Source: Candidatus Latescibacterota bacterium
GTDB lineage: Bacteria > Latescibacterota > UBA2968 > UBA8231
Assembly: GCA_965261395.1 (NCBI GenBank)
Contig: OZ253462.1
Span: forward strand, 2,880,001 to 2,944,000
Direction: 5' to 3'
Length of the DNA: 64,000 nt
Part shown: positions 49,171 through 59,186 of the stretch, one piece after another
Layout: every line of letters starts with the position of its first letter
How positions within the stretch are numbered: position 1 is the stretch's first letter
Notes under the pieces: generated by a model
Databases searched by the model: none
The model's input: only the letters and a program-made list of their open reading frames with translations
What the model was told of the DNA's origin: nothing
Made by a program: the position numbers and the translations under genes

Positions 49171-52100
49171 CTTCGATCCTCGAAATTCCCCCTCTTTCAT
49201 TTTTAATTAAACAGAAATTTGCAGACTGAAATGCGCTTCCTTCCAAACGGACTGAACATTCCAGACGAACTGCTTGAAGCACGCGACCAAGGGAACGTCG
49301 TGTTCCTGTGCGGGGCAGGCGTTTCCTATCCCGCCGGAATGCCAAATTTCTTGGAATTGGCAAAGTATGTGGTCGAAGAACTGGGGGCACCACAAGACGC
49401 GCCCTCGCGTAAGATGCTGTCGATGTGGGACAACGAGGATATACCAGAAGACGCACGTCCTTCGCTCGATCAGATATTCAACCTCCTTCAACAGAAAGAA
49501 TACGCGCCGGGCGAAATTATTGACTACCTAATTGCGAAGCGGCTGAGAACTAAGCCTAGGGCTTGCGTCTCGACACACGAGACGATCTTACGCCTGTCTA
49601 AGGGTGCTGACGGCAAGCCTCAGATTGTCACGACGAACTTCGATCTTCTCTTCGAGCGAGCCGCTAACCAAAAATTGAAAACCTATGTTCCGCCAACGCT
49701 GCCCGATTTGGCCAATGGACAGCCGTTAAATGGACTTGTCTATCTCCACGGTCGGATTAATTCTAGGATCAAACGAGGTGAAGGTCGACAGGGATTAGTC
49801 GTAAGTAGTTCGGATTTCGGGCGGGCCTACTTAGCAGAGGGCTGGGCGACGCGCTTCATTCGCTACCTCCTCGATCAGTACACCGTTATTCTGCTTGGAT
49901 ATTCCGCAAACGATCCACCCGTCAGATACTTGCTTCAGGGTCTGCACTCCCAGCGACGTGGGAGTCGGGCGAAGCTCTTCGCGTTCGACCGTGGGACTGA
50001 AGAAGAAATCCAGCCACGTTGGCGAGATAGCGGAGTTCGGGTGCTCGCTTATCCTGCGACAGACGATTCCCACTCTGCCTTATGGGACACCCTCTCAGCG
50101 TGGGCAGATCGCGCAGACGACCCCTTGGCGTGGCGGCAACGAATCGTTGATCTAGCTAGAAAAGGACCGAGAAATCTTGAGCCATACGAACGCGGTCAGG
50201 TCGCATCGCTCGTCAGAACCGAAGTCGGTACAAAGCTGTTCGCGGATGCCGATCCGCCTCCGCCCGGAGAATGGTTGTGCGTGTTCGACCGTAATTTTCG
50301 GTATGGGGAGGTTGGTATTCAATCAGATGATTCACAGCCCGCCTTTGATCCGTTTATTGAATACAGCTTGGACGATGATCCTCCTCGTCCATCAGAGAAT
50401 CGGCTTCAGGCTGATCCGCTGGGTGACGATCTTTTATCGCTGAAACCTACGGATCGCCGCATCAATGATGATACAAGACTGGCAAAGAATGGCCGCCATT
50501 GGACCGAGCCTTTATCGTTCAGATTGCTTCACCTTGCTCGATGGATCGCAAAGATAGCACACGAGCCGGTCGTGCCGTGGTGGTCAGCGCAGTACTCGAG
50601 CCTTCATCCCAAGTTGCTTGACGAGATTGAACGGCGTGTCGAACGCGCTGTTGACGAGCTACCAAGTTTGGCCCGATTGACTTGGAGATTGTTGATCGAA
50701 AAATTCCACACGGCCCCCGATGATCCCTATGGACTTAGAGTGTATTGGGACAAAATGCGCCAACGGATTGAGACCGAGGGTTGGACTAACAGTTTCCTCC
50801 GAGAATTCGAGCGAAACGTAATGCCCTATATAGAGACTGAGGCACCTTCACGCCTTGATGTCTCTCGCCCCCCAGATAGAGATTGGTCGCAGCTTCGTCT
50901 GAACTACATTGCGAGATTCAAGGTCGCGTTCCCGACCCCCATCGGACAACGACCCGAAATCCCCAATGATGTTCTACCGAAGATTTATCAGATTGTCCGC
51001 AGGCACTTGGAATTGGCGACGGGACTGCTGGCGGATATCGGAACTAGCTACTGGAAAACCTCGACTTTCTACCCGGAAGACAGGACCGGAGAGAACTATA
51101 TCAGCGGCGAGAGCCCTTGCGCTTATCTCTTTTGGTTCCGCGTCTTGTTCGACCAGATGGTTAAAGCACATCCAGAGTTGGTTAGGGCCGACATGGCTCT
51201 CTGGCCAAAGGAAGATCCCTTTTTCTTTAACAAACTCCACCTATACGCCGGGACCTTCGATGTCCTTTTCTCTGGAGATGCAGTTGGGGATGGACTCCTA
51301 TCGCTTTCTGATAAGGGATTCTGGGAAAAGGATTACCGCCGGGAGTTGCTTCATCTCTTAAAGCGTCGCTGGCATGAGTTGCCTTCGGACAAGCGCGAAC
51401 TGGTGGAACGGCGCTTGATCGATGGCCGAGCAAGATACGACAGTGAATCGGAAGAGGACTTTGAGCAAAGGTGTTCAACCGAGTCTGCTATAGTCTTGGA
51501 TTGGCTTATAAACCAAGGCTGCGAGCTTGGCAGGGAAGCACGTTCAGTCCTGCCTAGTCTCCGCAGTGCTGATCCACGTTGGCGTCCAGAATGGGCCGAA
51601 ATTGCTGATGAAAGTCGTGAGGGTAGAGTAGTATCTATTGAAACAGACTCCGATCCATCTCTCATTATTGACGCTCCGATTAGTCAGATTATTCCATTGG
51701 CTAGACAGCATACAGGACGTGCGTTCCCTGAACCTACTGTTTATAGCCCCTTTGATGGGTTAGTCGAACAACATCCTGTCAGAGCCGTTGCCGCCCTGAC
51801 GCACGCAGCGCGACGAGGCGACTATCCGGCGGAATTTTGGTGCTCTGCACTTCAAGAGTGGCCGGATGAAGCGCGACATCGCCTTAGCTGGCTGTTCGGT
51901 GCGAGGCTGGCACGGCTCCCCTCGAAAACTGTAGTCGAATTGCGAGACGATGTGTTTGGCTGGTTGCGGAAGCATTTGCCGAAGCTGGCCGCACAGGATC
52001 AACCTCGCGCCCTGAGCATATTCGATGTACTGCTCGAAAAGCTATTCACAGGTGAGGAAGAGGTGGAGCAGAGCGGAGAGCATCAAGATCGATCGCGTAG

Positions 52101-52365
52101 GACACACAACTACGTAGTAAGCGCACCCGTCGACAAGGCGACCGTATTGCTTCTCGAGCTTTTGAATTCACAAGGCCCTAGAGTAGGATCGAGCATTCCG
52201 CCAGAAATCAAATCGAGGCTCGAACGCCTATTCGACGCTCCCGGCGAAGGCGCTGATCACGCGGTTTACGTCGTTGCTAGTCAACTCAGGTGGCTCAATG
52301 ATATTGACCCGGAATGGGTTCGTGCTACAATTGTGCCTTGGTTCGACTTGGAGCATCCGGTGTCA

Positions 52366-53295
52366 GAAGCCGTCTGAAAACTCTAATTTTCATTTGATTC
52401 GTTTAAGTAGCAAGTGGATCATGGCAATCTGGATCAAGGCTTCACTATGGCGGGTCAAGACCTCATAATCTCTCGCATGTCGGCGAAAATTCATCAACCA
52501 CGCCAAGGTGCGCTCGACGACCCACCGGCGTTTAACTAGGGTAAATCCGGAGCCTTGTTTGGCGACGACTTCCAAGTCTATTTTGTGCGTCTTTTTTTGG
52601 TTGGCCACCCACGTTCGGATGGCCTCGCCTTGGTAGCCGCCATCAACCCACAGCTTGCGTAACCGAGCCACTCCGGCGGCCTTCAAGCGGGTCAACACCT
52701 GCTTCAAACCCTCTCGATCATCGACATCGGCGGCGGTGACCACCACCTGTCGAAGCAAACCCGACGTGTCCACCAACAAATGCCGTTTGCGGCCTTTGAT
52801 CTTTTTACCGGCGTCATACCCGGTTGTTTTACCATGCGTTGCGGTCTTAATCGTCTGACTATCGACGCAGCCAGCCGACGGCATCGCCGCCCGGCCGCTC
52901 TGGCGGCGTTCCCGCTTGGTCAACCGATCCAACACCGGCGGCCAGACCCCTTGCAGGCTCCAGCGACGAAAGTAATCATACCCCGTTTTCCACGGCCCAA
53001 AACAAGCAGGCAACAAAGCCCAAGGACACCCCGTCTTGTTCAAATATAAAAGGCCGTTGACGATTTGGCGTCGATCCCGCGGCGGCCGACCCGGACCGTG
53101 AAGCCGCCAGCGCGGCGCGGGCAGCAACGGTTCGATCCGCTGCCATTGTCCATCGGTTAGATCGGTGGCATATTGCCTACGCGGCGTACTCATTATACAA
53201 GCCTTTCTGTTCAGATTTTGTGGTGAAACCTGAATATGGCTCGATGAGTACGCCCTTTCAAATTCGGCTACATCAGAGGGTTTTCAGACGGCTTC
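52366..53295 (-). mobile_element. IS5-family insertion sequence (IS1031-like), 930 bp
   Basis: Perfect inverted repeats gaagccgtctgaaaa and ttttcagacggcttc; TCA target duplication at 52363-52365 and 53296-53298. Confidence 0.95.
52390..53193 (-). CDS. IS5-family DDE transposase
   Basis: YATDLTDGQW, VDSQT, GYDAGKKIKGRKRH, DGGY, RWVVERT..W...RR. Confidence 0.96.
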   Translation of the reverse strand: MSTPRRQYATDLTDGQWQRIEPLLPAPRWRLHGPGRPPRDRRQIVNGLLYLNKTGCPWALLPACFGPWKTGYDYFRRWSLQGVWPPVLDRLTKRERRQSGRAAMPSAGCVDSQTIKTATHGKTTGYDAGKKIKGRKRHLLVDTSGLLRQVVVTAADVDDREGLKQVLTRLKAAGVARLRKLWVDGGYQGEAIRTWVANQKKTHKIDLEVVAKQGSGFTLVKRRWVVERTLAWLMNFRRHARDYEVLTRHSEALIQIAMIHLLLKRIK

Positions 53296-54009
53296 TCAGA
53301 ATCCGCATGGAACGGCTTCTCGGACGATTGGCTACCAAAACCGGAACTATTCTCGCTGATCAAATCCGACTTCTTGAACGCGATTGTTCATGCAGCGAGG
53401 TGGAACTGGGACGATCATTCTCTTCAAAAACTGCATGAATTTCTAGTTCTCGGCTGCTTCTGGCACCAAGACTATGGTCCCTATATCACCTTTGAGGAGA
53501 CCCGCCAAGTCCTACAGAATACCAACGACAGTGGCCGCGCTCATAGCCTCTGGTTTTTCACCCGAATCATCGATAAAAACCACGCTTGGCGACGCTTTGG
53601 CAAGCCCTTCTTGGAAAGGGCTTGGCCGAGGGAGACTCGTTTCCAGACGGAGGAGACATCGCAGCATCTTGTAGCGTTAGCAAAAGGGGCTGGCGACTTC
53701 TTCCCCGAGGTGGTCCAAACTATTCTTCCCTATCTGGTTCCAATGTCCCGGAACGTCGGCTTCGTGTCTTCCCTAGCTCGGCAGAGTGATGAAGAGACGG
53801 GTGGATTGCAAACGCGGTTTCCAGATGCTACGCTGATGCTCATCAATAAGATAATTCCAGACGATCCTGACCAAGTGCCATACGACTTGGATTCGTTGAT
53901 TGAGATGATTGCAGAAGCCAAGCCAGGCCTTCGCCAAGATAGCCGATGGCGGCGGTTGAAGGCCCTCACACTCCGCGAGTAAATCGCACCAAATTCTATG
54001 ACACGACCG

Positions 54010-54317
54010 AAATTTGGACTAGGAACGCCGGAGGTATAAGATGACTAATGTTGACAAAAACGTCGAAATTAACTTGCCCCTCGAAAACCTCATTGACACC
54101 CTCTGCAAACTGCCTCCTGACACTCTGGTGGTATGGCGAGCGGCTGGAGGAGCATGAAGACATCAACAGCGGCGACTTTATTTATATCCCCGCCGGCATC
54201 CCTCACCTTCCCTACAATCCCAGCGAGACGGAAACCTGCACTGCTGTGATCGCCCGGACGGACCCCAACGAACAAGAGAGCGTTAAACTCTTACCCGAAC
54301 TAGACGGGATACACTGC
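54010..54317 (+). repeat. repeat B copy 2 (54010-54127) fused directly to repeat C copy 2 (54128-54317): chimeric antitoxin-5'/cupin-3' remnant
   Basis: Matches 45506-45623, then 48142-48329. Confidence 0.93.
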
Positions 54318-54348
54318 GGAGCCATCATTTCGAGATAGGGGTTTCCCA

Positions 54349-54528
54349 ATGATTATTCGCTGTATCCTCCCACTTTTGTTTGTATTCTCTTGTCTGCACT
54401 CCGCAATCGCTCAGGAACGCTACAAATTTGCTTTTGGCACGCATGGTGGGCCGGGAAATCCATTCTGGAATGTGGTGATTAAGGGCATGGAAGATGCGGC
54501 CAAACGCTATGATGTCGATGTGCAGTAA
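54349..54528 (+). pseudogene. 5' fragment of a sugar ABC transporter substrate-binding protein
   Basis: Signal peptide, then THGGPGNPFWNVVIKGMEDAAKRYDVDVQ*; only 59 aa. Confidence 0.75.
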
Positions 54529-54725
54529 TAGAATCCGCTCGTGCAGCGCATTCTCTGTACGACGGCCGCCGCAGCCGCAGTCCGAGTTCGCCGCCTGACC
54601 TGCCTTCTCGACCCGCCTCCGGGGCCGGCTCTACCGGGCGGGCCTTTCCGTGCCTCGTCGACTCGAGGCGAAGCTACGCTGGAATCCAGTCAACCAGGGG
54701 TGTGTTTCGCTCCCAGCGCCGCCGA

Positions 54726-57455
54726 TCAATCCGGCTCATTGGACCCCATGGCCCGCTGAAGGGCCTGGTAGTTCTCGTTCGCCCGTTGGAAGTGCGGGTG
54801 CTCGTGCCCGGTCTGGCGACGAAAGGTGTCGAAGATTTCCAGAGATCGCCGCATCAACGGCTCGGCTTCCTCGCTCCGGTGAGTGACCTGTAGCAGCGTC
54901 GCCAAGTTGTTCAAGCGGGTCGCCACAGTTGGGTGTTGCTCGCCGAAGGCGGCCACGTCAATCTCCAGCGCACGTCGCATCAGCGGTTCGGCTTCCTCGA
55001 TCCGGTTGGTGGCCAGCAGCAGTTGCACCAGATTGTTCAAGCGGGTCGCCACGTTCGGGTGCTGCTCGCCGAGGGCGGCCACGTCGATCTCCAGCGCACG
55101 CCGCATCAGCGGCTCGGCCTCTCCGAGTCGGTTGGTGCGCTTTAGCAGTTGCGCCAAATTGTTCAAACGAGTCGCCACGTTCGGGTGCTGCTCGCTGAAG
55201 GAGGCCACGTCGATTTCCAGCGCACGTCGCATCAGTGGTTCGGCTTCCTCGATCCGGTTGGTGTCCAGCAGCAGAGTTGCCAAATTGTTCAAGCGGATCG
55301 CCACGGTTGGGTGCTGCTCGCCGAAGGAGGCCACGTCGATCTCCAGCGCACGTCGCATCAGCGGCTCGGCTTCCTCGATCCGGTTGGTGTCCAGCAGCAG
55401 AGTTGCCAAATTGTTCAAGCAGACCGCCACGTTCGGGTGCTGCTCGCCGAGGGCGGCCACGTCGATTTCCAGCGCACGTCGCATCAACGGCTCCGCTTCC
55501 TCGATGCGGTTGGTGTCCAGCAGCAGAATCGCCAAGTTGTTCAAACGAGTCGCCACGTCCGGGTGCTGCTCGCCGAGGGCGGCCACGCCGATTTCCAGCG
55601 CACGCCGCATCAGCAGTTCGGCCTCTCCGAGTCGGTTGGTGCGCTTTAGCAGTTGCGCCAGTTCGTTCGAAGCCCATGCGACAAGCTTCGCATTGGCGAT
55701 TGCCGTTGCCTCCGCAAGCGCATGGCGCTGCTGCTCCTCGGACTCCTCCCAGCGTGCGATTTCCATCAGCACCGCCGCAATTTTCAGGCGCTGCGCGATT
55801 CGCGCCTCGGAACTGCCCACGCTTTCCAGGGTATCTCGCAGAAAAGCCAGTCTGGCCTCGGAGAACGTACGCAGAGTCAGCTTTTCCCCCATCTCCGCGA
55901 GCCGGTGTGCAAACTCCTCGAGCTCGCCGCTTCGGTGCATCTCCCAGCACGCGATCATTTCCTCGATTTCGGAGAGATAGTCGGGAGCGGAAAAAGTGCT
56001 GTTGACAATGCGGGCAATCGACCGGCTCACGCCGTCTCCGGCCAGGGGCGCGGCTTCCAGCACGTAGCTCACCGTCTGCTCGACATCTCCACGGCGGGCA
56101 TAGATTCTGGCCATGTCGAACTTCGCGATCGCTCGCTCCCCTACGTCGCCGACTTCACTCAGGTAGTCGAGGGTCCTTTCCGCGTCGACACTGCCTTTTT
56201 CGACAAGTTTCTTGCGCAAAATGCGGCGTTTCTCTTCGCGGGCATCGATGCTCGGGTAGAAGAGACTGAAGAATTCCAGCAGGAACGGCAGGCGTTTGCG
56301 TGCGCCGCGGGAAAGATTCATCGCGAGCCAGATATCGAAGAATCCCTCGCGAATCGTGTAGAGGCGCGAACGCCGGTCTTGCGGGTGCCGGTCTGCGCGG
56401 AGGTAGTGGGCATCGGTGAGACGCTTGAGCAGCGACGACGTCTCCTGCTGGCTCATCCGGATTCGCGCGGCAATGGCGGCCGGGGTTTTTTCCTGGTCGC
56501 GCATGCTCGCCAGACATTCCAGCAGCGCGCGTTGGCCGGGAGGCAGATCGTTCAACCGGCCCTGATAGAACGGCGAGATCCGGTCGAGCAGCAGTTGGAA
56601 CTGATCCTGCACCCGGGTGATCGACTCGTGCGCGATCAACTCGTAGAGCATCATTGTCAGGCGCGGGTTTCCACCCGTCATGCGGTAGAGGGCCTGCAGG
56701 CGAGGACGCATGCCCTCGAAGTTTTCGAGAATGTCCTCGTGTTTTTCCCAACGGAGGTTGAGCCGGATGACTTCAACCGTTTCCTCGAAACTCAGGTTCT
56801 CCAGGATCTGAATGTCGAAGAAATCGTAGAATGGCTGCCCGACATCGGTGATGGCGTCGAAGTGTAGCGGCGCGGTGGCCAGCAGCAGGCAGCCGTTGTC
56901 GGCCATGAAGAACTTGCGCAGCGAGCCGAGGTCGTTCTTGTCACGGATTTGCCGGGTAAAGATCTCGCCGAGGTTCTCGAGCATGATGAGCAGTGTGCGA
57001 TTGCGCTGGCGATTCTGTTCGCGGATCGCGGGCGCCAGGATATCGACAACCCGGGCGTTGTCTTCCTCGGTCTGCACCCTGGCGAACAACTCCGCCCACA
57101 GCGGTTCGTCTTCGACGACATCTTTCAGGATTTCGCAGACGCCGATAAGGAAATCGGCGAAGGACAATGTCCGATTCGATTCTTCCGGGAACCGGACAAC
57201 AACGACGCTCGCACTGAGCGTTTCATCCGATTGGACGGTATCTTCAATACATGAGAGCAGGTGGGTTTTGCCGATTCCGCGCGGCCCGATAAACAGCAGA
57301 TGGTGTTTCGATTTTCTGCCCACGGAACCCCGTAAGGATTCGATGGCATTGTCGACGATATGTTCACGCGCGACGCTCGTATCGCGCAGGCGCTCGGGGC
57401 TGGTTACTCCGGAGCGATACAGTCCGATGTTCGAATCGAGGGCCGGTTCAGGCAT
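54726..57455 (-). CDS. STAND-like AAA ATPase + wHTH + seven 42-aa TPR (kinesin-light-chain type) repeats
   Basis: GPRGIGKT, LIMLEN, TGGNPR, wHTH TPAAIAARIRMSQQETSSLLKRL, repeats LNNLA..L..TNR.EEAEPLMRRALEI. Confidence 0.88.
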   Translation of the reverse strand: MPEPALDSNIGLYRSGVTSPERLRDTSVAREHIVDNAIESLRGSVGRKSKHHLLFIGPRGIGKTHLLSCIEDTVQSDETLSASVVVVRFPEESNRTLSFADFLIGVCEILKDVVEDEPLWAELFARVQTEEDNARVVDILAPAIREQNRQRNRTLLIMLENLGEIFTRQIRDKNDLGSLRKFFMADNGCLLLATAPLHFDAITDVGQPFYDFFDIQILENLSFEETVEVIRLNLRWEKHEDILENFEGMRPRLQALYRMTGGNPRLTMMLYELIAHESITRVQDQFQLLLDRISPFYQGRLNDLPPGQRALLECLASMRDQEKTPAAIAARIRMSQQETSSLLKRLTDAHYLRADRHPQDRRSRLYTIREGFFDIWLAMNLSRGARKRLPFLLEFFSLFYPSIDAREEKRRILRKKLVEKGSVDAERTLDYLSEVGDVGERAIAKFDMARIYARRGDVEQTVSYVLEAAPLAGDGVSRSIARIVNSTFSAPDYLSEIEEMIACWEMHRSGELEEFAHRLAEMGEKLTLRTFSEARLAFLRDTLESVGSSEARIAQRLKIAAVLMEIARWEESEEQQRHALAEATAIANAKLVAWASNELAQLLKRTNRLGEAELLMRRALEIGVAALGEQHPDVATRLNNLAILLLDTNRIEEAEPLMRRALEIDVAALGEQHPNVAVCLNNLATLLLDTNRIEEAEPLMRRALEIDVASFGEQHPTVAIRLNNLATLLLDTNRIEEAEPLMRRALEIDVASFSEQHPNVATRLNNLAQLLKRTNRLGEAEPLMRRALEIDVAALGEQHPNVATRLNNLVQLLLATNRIEEAEPLMRRALEIDVAAFGEQHPTVATRLNNLATLLQVTHRSEEAEPLMRRSLEIFDTFRRQTGHEHPHFQRANENYQALQRAMGSNEPD
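54800..55685 (-). repeat. array of seven 126-bp near-identical coding repeats (TPR)
   Basis: ttgttcaa...cgccac recurs every 126 bp (~54907, 55033, 55159, 55285, 55411, 55537). Confidence 0.93.
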
Positions 57456-58677
57456 AGTATTTCCTCCACCACAGTTTCAGCACACCGCTCGCGAAGTCGT
57501 AGATCCCCTCTTCGACTTCGACGATGTAGAAATCGTTCTCTAGGTCGAGCAATATTTGATTGAATAATTGTTTGCGCTCATGCGCCGGAAGTTCGATGCC
57601 GCTGTCCACCAACAAGCGATCCGTTTCTTGCAACAGGGATGCACGCTTCAGCCCGGATTCGCTCACACTGATTTGCCCCAACAAGGCGTAGGCGATCGAG
57701 CGTTTGGGATCCGTATAGTATTGCTGGATTCGCGAATAGTAGTGTTGCAACCGTGTGCGCGCACCTGAACTGACAATCAACGCGTCGAAGATGGCATCGA
57801 CATCCGCCGCGAAGATTTTACGTTGCTCCTTTTTCCATAACCTGTAGAGATCCTGGGTTGCCATCTGCATGAAGAGCGGGATCGGACGACCCAGTCGAAC
57901 GCTCATCTGCCGCGGAACCGCCTCATCGTATGGGACGCCTCGCCCGCTAAGCATTTCGTTCACGAAAACCTCAATGTCACCGTCAGTAAGTTGAGGCAGG
58001 GGCACGTCTTCAAGGTCGTTGATGAGATCCACCTGTCCGAGCGCGTCCAGGGTTCCTGCGAGATTGACGGAGCCGCCAACCAACCAGCGGATCGCATCTT
58101 TTGCGGGTGCTGGATTTAATCGCTGGGTGCGAAACCAGGCGAGAAACTCACGCAGCAACACGGCATCCTTCCGGGACAAGTTGAGCAGCATGTCAGGCAA
58201 CTCGTCGACGATGAATAGAATTGGAATATTCATGTTGCGAGCCTGTTGGAGAAACGTGTCGCCATGCTGCCGCCAGTTTTCGCGCCAGTTGGGATCGCTT
58301 TCGCGTAGCGCGAGTTTGAATTCACCGACACCGATCTCCGCGACCAGCCCCAGCGCGCCAGTTACAAGCTTCCAGCCAGCGGCAAGTTGGTCCCGCACTA
58401 AAGCCGGATGCGCATCATGGAAAGCGTCGAGCAGCACCTGGAAGAAATCGGCTGGATGGGTCAAGTCCTGGACGTTGATTGAAACCACCGAGAAATTGTT
58501 CCGGGGATGGTCGCGCAAGTGATCCATGACGCTGGTCTTGCCTGTTCGTCGAGCAGCCGTGAGCACCAGATGCCTCGTGCGCAATGTTTCCCAAAGCTCC
58601 GTGAGAAACTCCTCGCGAAATCGCAAGTCCACTGGGTCGACGGGAGCGCCGGTGTAGAATTCGGGGGTGCTTTTCAT
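57448..58677 (-). CDS. AAA+/STAND-like ATPase overlapping the downstream TPR-ATPase
   Basis: Walker A AARRTGKT, Walker B LFIVDELP, VGGSV, C-terminal YDFASGVLKLWWRKYY. Confidence 0.85.
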   Translation of the reverse strand: MKSTPEFYTGAPVDPVDLRFREEFLTELWETLRTRHLVLTAARRTGKTSVMDHLRDHPRNNFSVVSINVQDLTHPADFFQVLLDAFHDAHPALVRDQLAAGWKLVTGALGLVAEIGVGEFKLALRESDPNWRENWRQHGDTFLQQARNMNIPILFIVDELPDMLLNLSRKDAVLLREFLAWFRTQRLNPAPAKDAIRWLVGGSVNLAGTLDALGQVDLINDLEDVPLPQLTDGDIEVFVNEMLSGRGVPYDEAVPRQMSVRLGRPIPLFMQMATQDLYRLWKKEQRKIFAADVDAIFDALIVSSGARTRLQHYYSRIQQYYTDPKRSIAYALLGQISVSESGLKRASLLQETDRLLVDSGIELPAHERKQLFNQILLDLENDFYIVEVEEGIYDFASGVLKLWWRKYYA

Positions 58678-58787
58678 TTTAACATCACTTCGGTTGTAAA
58701 ACAGAATCGTTTTGTAAATAAAATACGACGGTATTGATGTATGTCAAATTCGTTTTAGGGATGTGCAGAGGCACGTCCCGTGCCCTG

Positions 58788-58862
58788 CCGTCCCTCGACG
58801 CGCCGGCCACGCCGGAGGCGATCCTGCGCGCGGCGGACGCGATGCGGGTCTGCGGCTCCTGA
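58788..58862 (+). pseudogene. 3' stub resembling the xanthine dehydrogenase molybdopterin subunit (xdhB)
   Basis: PSLDAPATPEAILRAADAMR, typical XdhB C-terminal LDAPATPE motif. Confidence 0.55.
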
Positions 58863-58884
58863 CCCTGATGCAGTCCGGACGGTG

Positions 58885-59056
58885 GGAGGAGCATGAAGAC
58901 ATCAACAGCGGCGACTTTGTTTACATCCCCGCCGGCATCCCTCACCTTCCCTACAATCCCAGCGAGACGGAAACCTGCACTGCTGTGATCGCTCGGACGG
59001 ACCCCAACGAACAAGAGAGCGTTAAACTCTTACCCGAACTAGACGGGATACACTGC
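58885..59056 (+). repeat. repeat C copy 3 (cupin 3' end)
   Basis: Near-identical to 54146-54317. Confidence 0.93.
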
Positions 59057-59065
59057 TAGACAAAG

Positions 59066-59092
59066 GCGGGAAGGGAAGGTGCTCTATGAGCG
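59066..59092 (+). repeat. 27-bp relic of the MNT/HEPN junction
   Basis: gcgggaagggaaggtgctctatgagcg versus gcgggaagggcgggtgctctatgagcg at ~48715. Confidence 0.8.
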
Positions 59093-59186
59093 CAGTCGAA
59101 TGCTAGCGGACAGGTAATCTTTTTTCATTTTGACCTTCAAGTACATCCCTCAAATCGTCCAGATTGTACGCCGACCTGCGCCACCC

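Larger units (their letters stand above)
49231..53982 (+). pseudogene. SIR2-domain defence protein (DSR1-like, ~1272 aa when rejoined), interrupted by an IS5-family element
   Basis: IPDELL...VVFLCGAGVS, VTTNFD, YLHG, LGYSANDPP; removing the IS and one TCA rejoins EHPVS-ESAWNGF in frame with the 53374-53982 ORF. Confidence 0.88.

Noticed and set aside
54048-54338. 96-aa ORF here and the 98-aa ORF at 58763-59059 as real cupin genes
   Set aside because: They are chimeras of unrelated sequence with the cupin 3' half and lack cupin motif 1; annotated as repeats.
54800-55685. CRISPR-like periodicity
   Set aside because: The 126-bp units are contiguous coding TPR repeats without unique spacers, and no cas genes are present.
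54883-56867. Long + strand ORFs (365, 256 and 404 aa) opposite the TPR gene
   Set aside because: Antisense shadows of a repetitive GC-rich coding sequence.
38769-59186. Integron or prophage interpretation of the island
   Set aside because: No tyrosine or serine integrase, attC-like hairpins or phage structural genes were seen; the repeats are gene fragments.
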